In this document: piece by piece, positions 6,630 to 9,839 of the stretch
Layout: each line of letters starts with the position of its first letter
Numbering within the stretch: position 1 is the stretch's first letter
Virus record (IMG/VR): IMGVR_UViG_3300029707_000042
Span: 1-9,839 of that record
DNA from: a virus
Taxonomy: Duplodnaviria > Heunggongvirae > Uroviricota > Caudoviricetes
DNA length: 9,839 bases
Strand: one strand, 5' to 3'
The notes under the pieces: model-generated
The model's database searches: none
The model's input: the letters and a program-made list of their open reading frames with translations, nothing else
Told to the model about the DNA's origin: nothing
Translations under genes and position numbers: made by a program

Positions 6630-7999
6630 TGCACTGGCACCTTCAGAGGGATCACCGGCACAAAGCCGGGATGCGTAATGGCATTACGCCGGATAATGTC
6701 CGCGTCACGCGCCGCGTTATCAAACCAGGTCGCCGCCAGCACCAGCGCGGGTAAAACCTCATCCGGCGTGCGCTGAATGATCCGTGCAGACTGTTCAAGG
6801 CGCGTGTTGATATCCGCATTCAGATCTGCTTTCACCCGGCGCAGCGCCAGAAACAGCGCATCACTGGTTGTACGGGACAACTCCTTATCAATTGCCGTAT
6901 TCAGTGTGTCGCGAATGTCAGTCAGTTCTTCCCACGTCGGCAGGTCAACCGTGTTTTTCACCGCCGGTGCATTGTTCAGTGCCGGATGCGTGACGGAAGG
7001 CCAGCCAGTGCTCTGCGCAGGTGTTGTTGCCTGCCCCACTGCGGAATTCTGCATCACCGCGGAAGTTGTTGGCGCAGGTAATCGGGTGACGGCATACGCC
7101 GCTTCGCTGATTGCGGTCGTACGAAGGGTGCTGGCAACCACGTTACGCTGCTGCGTCGCCGTGGCGGTGGTTTTACTGTCCGTTTTCCAGACGCCGCGCG
7201 GTTGCAGATCGCTGCCGAGGCTGACACCGGAAAGCGTTTTGATCATGGTGACCAGGTCGCTGGCGTTACCATAAAGGCGTTTCCCGGTACGCCACATTTT
7301 CTGCACCTGCTCAACGAAATTTTTGCCTGACGATGGCGGCGGCAGAAGTACCGAGATATCCCCCTGCAACAGCCTGGCGGCATCCGATACGGCAGAATCC
7401 ACCACTTTCATCGCATCAGAAACATACCCCAGCATTATGCTGGCATTACCGATAACGTCGTTCTGCACGAAATCCGCCACACCATCGATACTGAAACCGC
7501 TGAAGCTGTCACTGATGCAGTCATCCAGTGCAGAACAGGATGACATCAGCGTCTGCGCCGTCGCCGCACCTGATGTGGGGTAAGAGAGTTCTCCTGCTTC
7601 GACAAACTTCAGGTCAAAGCGGACAATACGCCCTTCACTTTTCGATGTGCTGACCCGAACTTCCCCGTCAACACAGACTTTCAGCTCACCATATGTCGGG
7701 TGGACAAGCGTGCCGGGACCGGGTTTATTCAGCGCTTCAATCAGGCGATCGCGCTGGTCAAAGCAGTCATCTCCCACCACATAAGCTGTGATGGACGGGC
7801 GGAAAGTGACTTTTCCCAGATCTTCGGTATAGGGCTTGTCGCGGTTCGGGTATTCATGTGTTTCCACACGGCGACCGGTTCCCGCACTTTCTTCTTCAAC
7901 CTTAAACGGCACACCTCGAAATGATGCTTCAAGTAGCTTTTCACGCCAGCCACTTCGAGAATCAGAGGATAGGTACGAAGAAATATGAGAAAAATCCAT
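6626..7999 (-). CDS. DNA circulation protein, Mu gp43 (N)-like tail protein
   Basis: 457-aa ORF. GAGGTG Shine-Dalgarno 5 nt upstream of ATG 7999. N-terminal region (..FRGVPFKVEEESAGTGRRVETHEYPNRDKPYTEDLG..) resembles the DNA-circulation N-terminal domain family. Position between tape-measure and gpD-like genes as in Mu and SfV-type tails. Confidence 0.75.
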   Translation of the reverse strand: MDFSHISSYLSSDSRSGWREKLLEASFRGVPFKVEEESAGTGRRVETHEYPNRDKPYTEDLGKVTFRPSITAYVVGDDCFDQRDRLIEALNKPGPGTLVHPTYGELKVCVDGEVRVSTSKSEGRIVRFDLKFVEAGELSYPTSGAATAQTLMSSCSALDDCISDSFSGFSIDGVADFVQNDVIGNASIMLGYVSDAMKVVDSAVSDAARLLQGDISVLLPPPSSGKNFVEQVQKMWRTGKRLYGNASDLVTMIKTLSGVSLGSDLQPRGVWKTDSKTTATATQQRNVVASTLRTTAISEAAYAVTRLPAPTTSAVMQNSAVGQATTPAQSTGWPSVTHPALNNAPAVKNTVDLPTWEELTDIRDTLNTAIDKELSRTTSDALFLALRRVKADLNADINTRLEQSARIIQRTPDEVLPALVLAATWFDNAARDADIIRRNAITHPGFVPVIPLKVPVQ

Positions 8000-8014
8000 G
8001 GCGTCACCTCAAAT

Positions 8015-8040
8015 AAAAACCGCGTGTAAACGCGGTTTTT
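8015..8040. terminator. Rho-independent terminator, structurally bidirectional; terminates the inserted gene 8056..8544
   Basis: AAAAACCGCG-TGTAAA-CGCGGTTTTT: GC-rich CCGCG/CGCGG stem extended by A5/T5, with a 6-nt loop, followed by a T/U tract on both strands. It lies 15 nt after the stop of the inserted gene and ends about 12 nt before the gp43-like RBS. Confidence 0.7.
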
Positions 8041-8055
8041 TATTAGGTAATAAAA

Positions 8056-8544
8056 TTAACGATCATAATCAACATTATGAGTATCTATTCTACATGATGA
8101 ATAAGTAATTCCGCTTTCACCACTAATATTTACGCCAGCCTTTACCTTCCCTGTTTTCGTAACATCAACAAAGAATTGCCCTCTTGGCATTTTAAATGCA
8201 AAAGAGAAACCAATAATTTCCGAGTCAAAGTTATTTTCATCCTCACTAATTGGTACAATAAAAGTCAATGGTGCAGATTGTGAGTTATTTTCAAAATCAA
8301 AAGCACCAATGCTTTTATTAAACTCGTAGGATGCTTTTTTTATTAAAAGAGTTCCACTTGCCGACTTTGCTGGGCATATTACAGACAGTCTATTTATTCC
8401 CTCTACATCTAGATCTATATTCTTATCCGCTGAAGTTTTAACGTTATCTATAAAGTATGTAGCAAGCTGCTTTTCCGTTACTGGCTTCGCAAAGGAGTTT
8501 AATGGCAGTCCTACAGCCAACAACAATATAAACATTTTCTTCAT
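8056..8544 (-). CDS. Inserted (moron-like) gene for a small secreted protein of unknown function, with a Sec-type signal peptide
   Basis: Reverse complement of 8521..8544 is ATG AAG AAA ATG TTT ATA TTG TTG (MKKMFILL...), with TAGGAGAG Shine-Dalgarno 3-4 nt upstream. The N-terminus MKKMFILLLAVGLPLNSFA-KPV is a classic signal peptide with an AxA-like cleavage site and no lipobox cysteine. The gene is visibly AT-rich compared with the flanking tail genes and is followed by its own terminator. The ORF track begins at an upstream GTG (8577), which I consider less likely. A long ORF in AT-rich DNA is unlikely to arise by chance. Confidence 0.7.
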   Translation of the reverse strand: MKKMFILLLAVGLPLNSFAKPVTEKQLATYFIDNVKTSADKNIDLDVEGINRLSVICPAKSASGTLLIKKASYEFNKSIGAFDFENNSQSAPLTFIVPISEDENNFDSEIIGFSFAFKMPRGQFFVDVTKTGKVKAGVNISGESGITYSSCRIDTHNVDYDR

Positions 8545-8608
8545 ATTCTCTCCTACATTCAGCACAAACTTTACCACTCAATAACCCTACTTGATTAAAG
8601 TAGTTATA
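8545..8608 (-). promoter_or_regulatory. Putative promoter region for the inserted gene (possible extended -10 TGgTAAAGT); also contains a short hairpin CTACTT-gatta-AAGTAG at 8587..8603
   Basis: 63-bp AT-rich spacer between the tape-measure stop (TAA, 8609..8611) and the inserted gene's ATG. On the minus strand, TGGTAAAGT (complement of 8568..8576) resembles an extended -10 element. No convincing -35 hexamer is present. Speculative. Confidence 0.25.
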
Positions 8609-9839
8609 TTATCGTCTGAATGGAGAATACCCCACATCGTGCGTGATTTTCATCAGGGGATCGGCTTTGCCCGGTACATCAATTATCTTCATACCTGGCG
8701 GAGCATTCTCGAACGTGACTTTCAGCTCGCTGTGCTGTGTCATGGAAGAAGATGGATTCAACAGCGGAACATTGGGTTTGTACTGACTCAGGCTGGCCTG
8801 ATACTGCTCGTACTCTTTACGATCAAAAAAAGGCGTCCAGTCTGAAGCCAGAAACAGCCCTTTATTATCCAGCCAGTTAACCGTATCTTCAGGAACAACA
8901 CTTTCCAGAGTATCTTTAACCGGCTCATACATCAGGGTTCCCAGAAAACCATATACCCCGGCCTTCCCGATAAAGCCGCGGCCTTTCCCCATCAATCCCG
9001 TTTCTGCCGATACCTTCCCCAGCGTACGCATCTCTCTGGTCACTGCGGTAATGGATTTGGTAACGTCAGCAACCCATTTGGTTGCCATAAACAGGGCAAT
9101 CGCTTTCAGAACAGTTTCCCATCCCCCCATCATCTGCGCCGTTTCATCCACCACGTGCCAGACTTTTTTTATGACAGGACCTACGGTTTCCCAATTATCA
9201 ATAATGAGGTAAGCGCCACCAACCAGAAGAGCAATCAGCCCCTTAGCAGGCGTCATATTCATCACACCGCCGAGAACTTTCATGATTCTGGACAAAGAGC
9301 CTGCAGCGGCCCCCACTGTCAGTAAAGCCAGACCGATTTTAGCAATGGTCTTAACGAGCTCCGGGTTTTCACGGACAAACGTTCTCACTTCCTCAAGGAG
9401 CGGTTTTACCGCTTCAAGACCATCATTAACCTCAGGAAGAAACGTTTCCCCCAGAGTGGAAGAAATGGCATCAAGTTGATTTTGCAGAAGTAAAAGCTGG
9501 TTTTCCGTCGTCGCTGCCCTCGAAGCATATTCCTTCTGCATCGAACTGCCATACTGCTGGGAATCCGCAACCCGCCTGAAGTTGGTACGCAACAAATCAA
9601 GGTTAGTCAGCAGAGGAGCTATCGCGCCCAGAGACTCTTTCCCGAACAGGGCATTCAGCACAGCTGCCTGTTTTTCTTTAGGCACTTTAGCCATCGCATC
9701 CAGTACAGACAGCATGGTTCCCCGGGCATCTTTCTGCATATCAGCAGCTAATTTCTTCGGATTGATCCGCAGAAAACGTAATGCCTGTTTCTGCGATTTT
9801 GTCGCGGAATTTCCCGCGGTCAGGGAAAGCATGAAGTTC
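8609..9839 (-). CDS. Tail tape-measure protein, C-terminal part (the gene continues beyond the window end)
   Basis: Open frame running to the window edge with no upstream stop. The product has the usual tape-measure character: helical, Q/A/L-rich N-proximal part and a hydrophobic glycine-rich segment (IAKIGLALLTVGAAAGSL...GLIALLVGGAYLII). Position is immediately upstream of the DNA-circulation and baseplate genes, as in Mu-type tails. Confidence 0.8.
   Translation of the reverse strand, partial: NFMLSLTAGNSATKSQKQALRFLRINPKKLAADMQKDARGTMLSVLDAMAKVPKEKQAAVLNALFGKESLGAIAPLLTNLDLLRTNFRRVADSQQYGSSMQKEYASRAATTENQLLLLQNQLDAISSTLGETFLPEVNDGLEAVKPLLEEVRTFVRENPELVKTIAKIGLALLTVGAAAGSLSRIMKVLGGVMNMTPAKGLIALLVGGAYLIIDNWETVGPVIKKVWHVVDETAQMMGGWETVLKAIALFMATKWVADVTKSITAVTREMRTLGKVSAETGLMGKGRGFIGKAGVYGFLGTLMYEPVKDTLESVVPEDTVNWLDNKGLFLASDWTPFFDRKEYEQYQASLSQYKPNVPLLNPSSSMTQHSELKVTFENAPPGMKIIDVPGKADPLMKITHDVGYSPFRR

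Noticed and set aside
3940-7924. Numerous 60-180-aa ORFs on the + strand and in alternative minus frames (for example 3940..4146, 4040..4252, 4496..5047, 4884..5171, 5329..5622, 5483..5677, 5738..6106, 5826..6011, 5918..6169, 6120..6347, 6484..6678, 6777..7274, 7323..7583, 7700..7924) and the minus-strand ORFs 4419..4607 and 7741..8007
   Set aside because: They overlap the tightly packed, translationally coupled baseplate genes. Their products are R/P/G/A-rich with no domain character, as expected for GC-rich antisense or out-of-frame reading. None has a credible start context.
8545-8577. Upstream GTG start (8577) for the inserted gene, as given in the ORF track (MVKFVLNVGENMKKMF...)
   Set aside because: The internal ATG at 8544 has a much better Shine-Dalgarno (TAGGAGAG) and yields a canonical signal peptide at the very N-terminus. 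The 11 extra residues would bury the signal peptide.
8333-9171. Homopolymeric A7/T7 tracts (about 8333..8339 in the inserted gene, 8824..8830 and 9165..9171 in the tape-measure gene) as possible slipped-strand phase-variation sites
   Set aside because: Seven-base runs are common in AT-rich or lysine-coding sequence and are below the length usually associated with high-frequency slippage. There is no associated repeat expansion or frameshifted partner ORF.
8591-9600. ORFs 8591..8845 (+), 9282..9479 (+) and 9406..9600 (-) within the tape-measure gene
   Set aside because: Antisense or out-of-frame to a long continuous tape-measure reading frame. No independent support.
1-9839. CRISPR arrays, tRNA/rRNA genes, insertion sequences or integrase/att sites
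   Set aside because: No direct-repeat/spacer periodicity, no cloverleaf-like tRNA candidates, and no transposase or tyrosine-integrase-like ORF were seen. The only recombinase is the serine invertase, which mediates inversion rather than mobility.

Overview
This window reads as the distal tail-morphogenesis region of a temperate enterobacterial phage or prophage, with almost every gene on the minus strand and the late operon running from high to low coordinates. All calls rest on reading the supplied translations and the DNA by eye; no database search was possible. In order along the operon: the C-terminal part of a tail tape-measure protein (8609..9839, partial); an AT-rich inserted gene for a small secreted protein with its own ribosome-binding site and a terminator (8056..8544), which I consider the most interesting candidate; then a Mu-order baseplate block of gp43-like DNA-circulation protein, gp44/P2 gpD-like hub, gp45/V-like spike, gp46-like, J-like and gp48/I-like proteins (2966..7999), with overlapping stop/start codons throughout. 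Next comes a short tail-fibre gene whose 3' end lies inside a roughly 1.85-kb invertible segment (about 825..2673). The segment is bounded by two inverted 26-bp crossover sites (813..838 and 2660..2685), contains two convergent tail-fibre-assembly genes and a silent alternative fibre C-terminus, and is followed by a Pin/Gin/Hin/Cin-family serine DNA invertase (191..757). This matches the e14 P-segment or Mu G-segment type of host-range switch. Downstream of pin, the first 16 codons of a P2 FI-like tail-sheath gene (1..48) sit behind a TGT-N12-ACA dyad typical of P2 late promoters, which points to a mosaic junction between tail modules. A 12-nt N run (4574..4585) interrupts the gp46-like/J-like junction.
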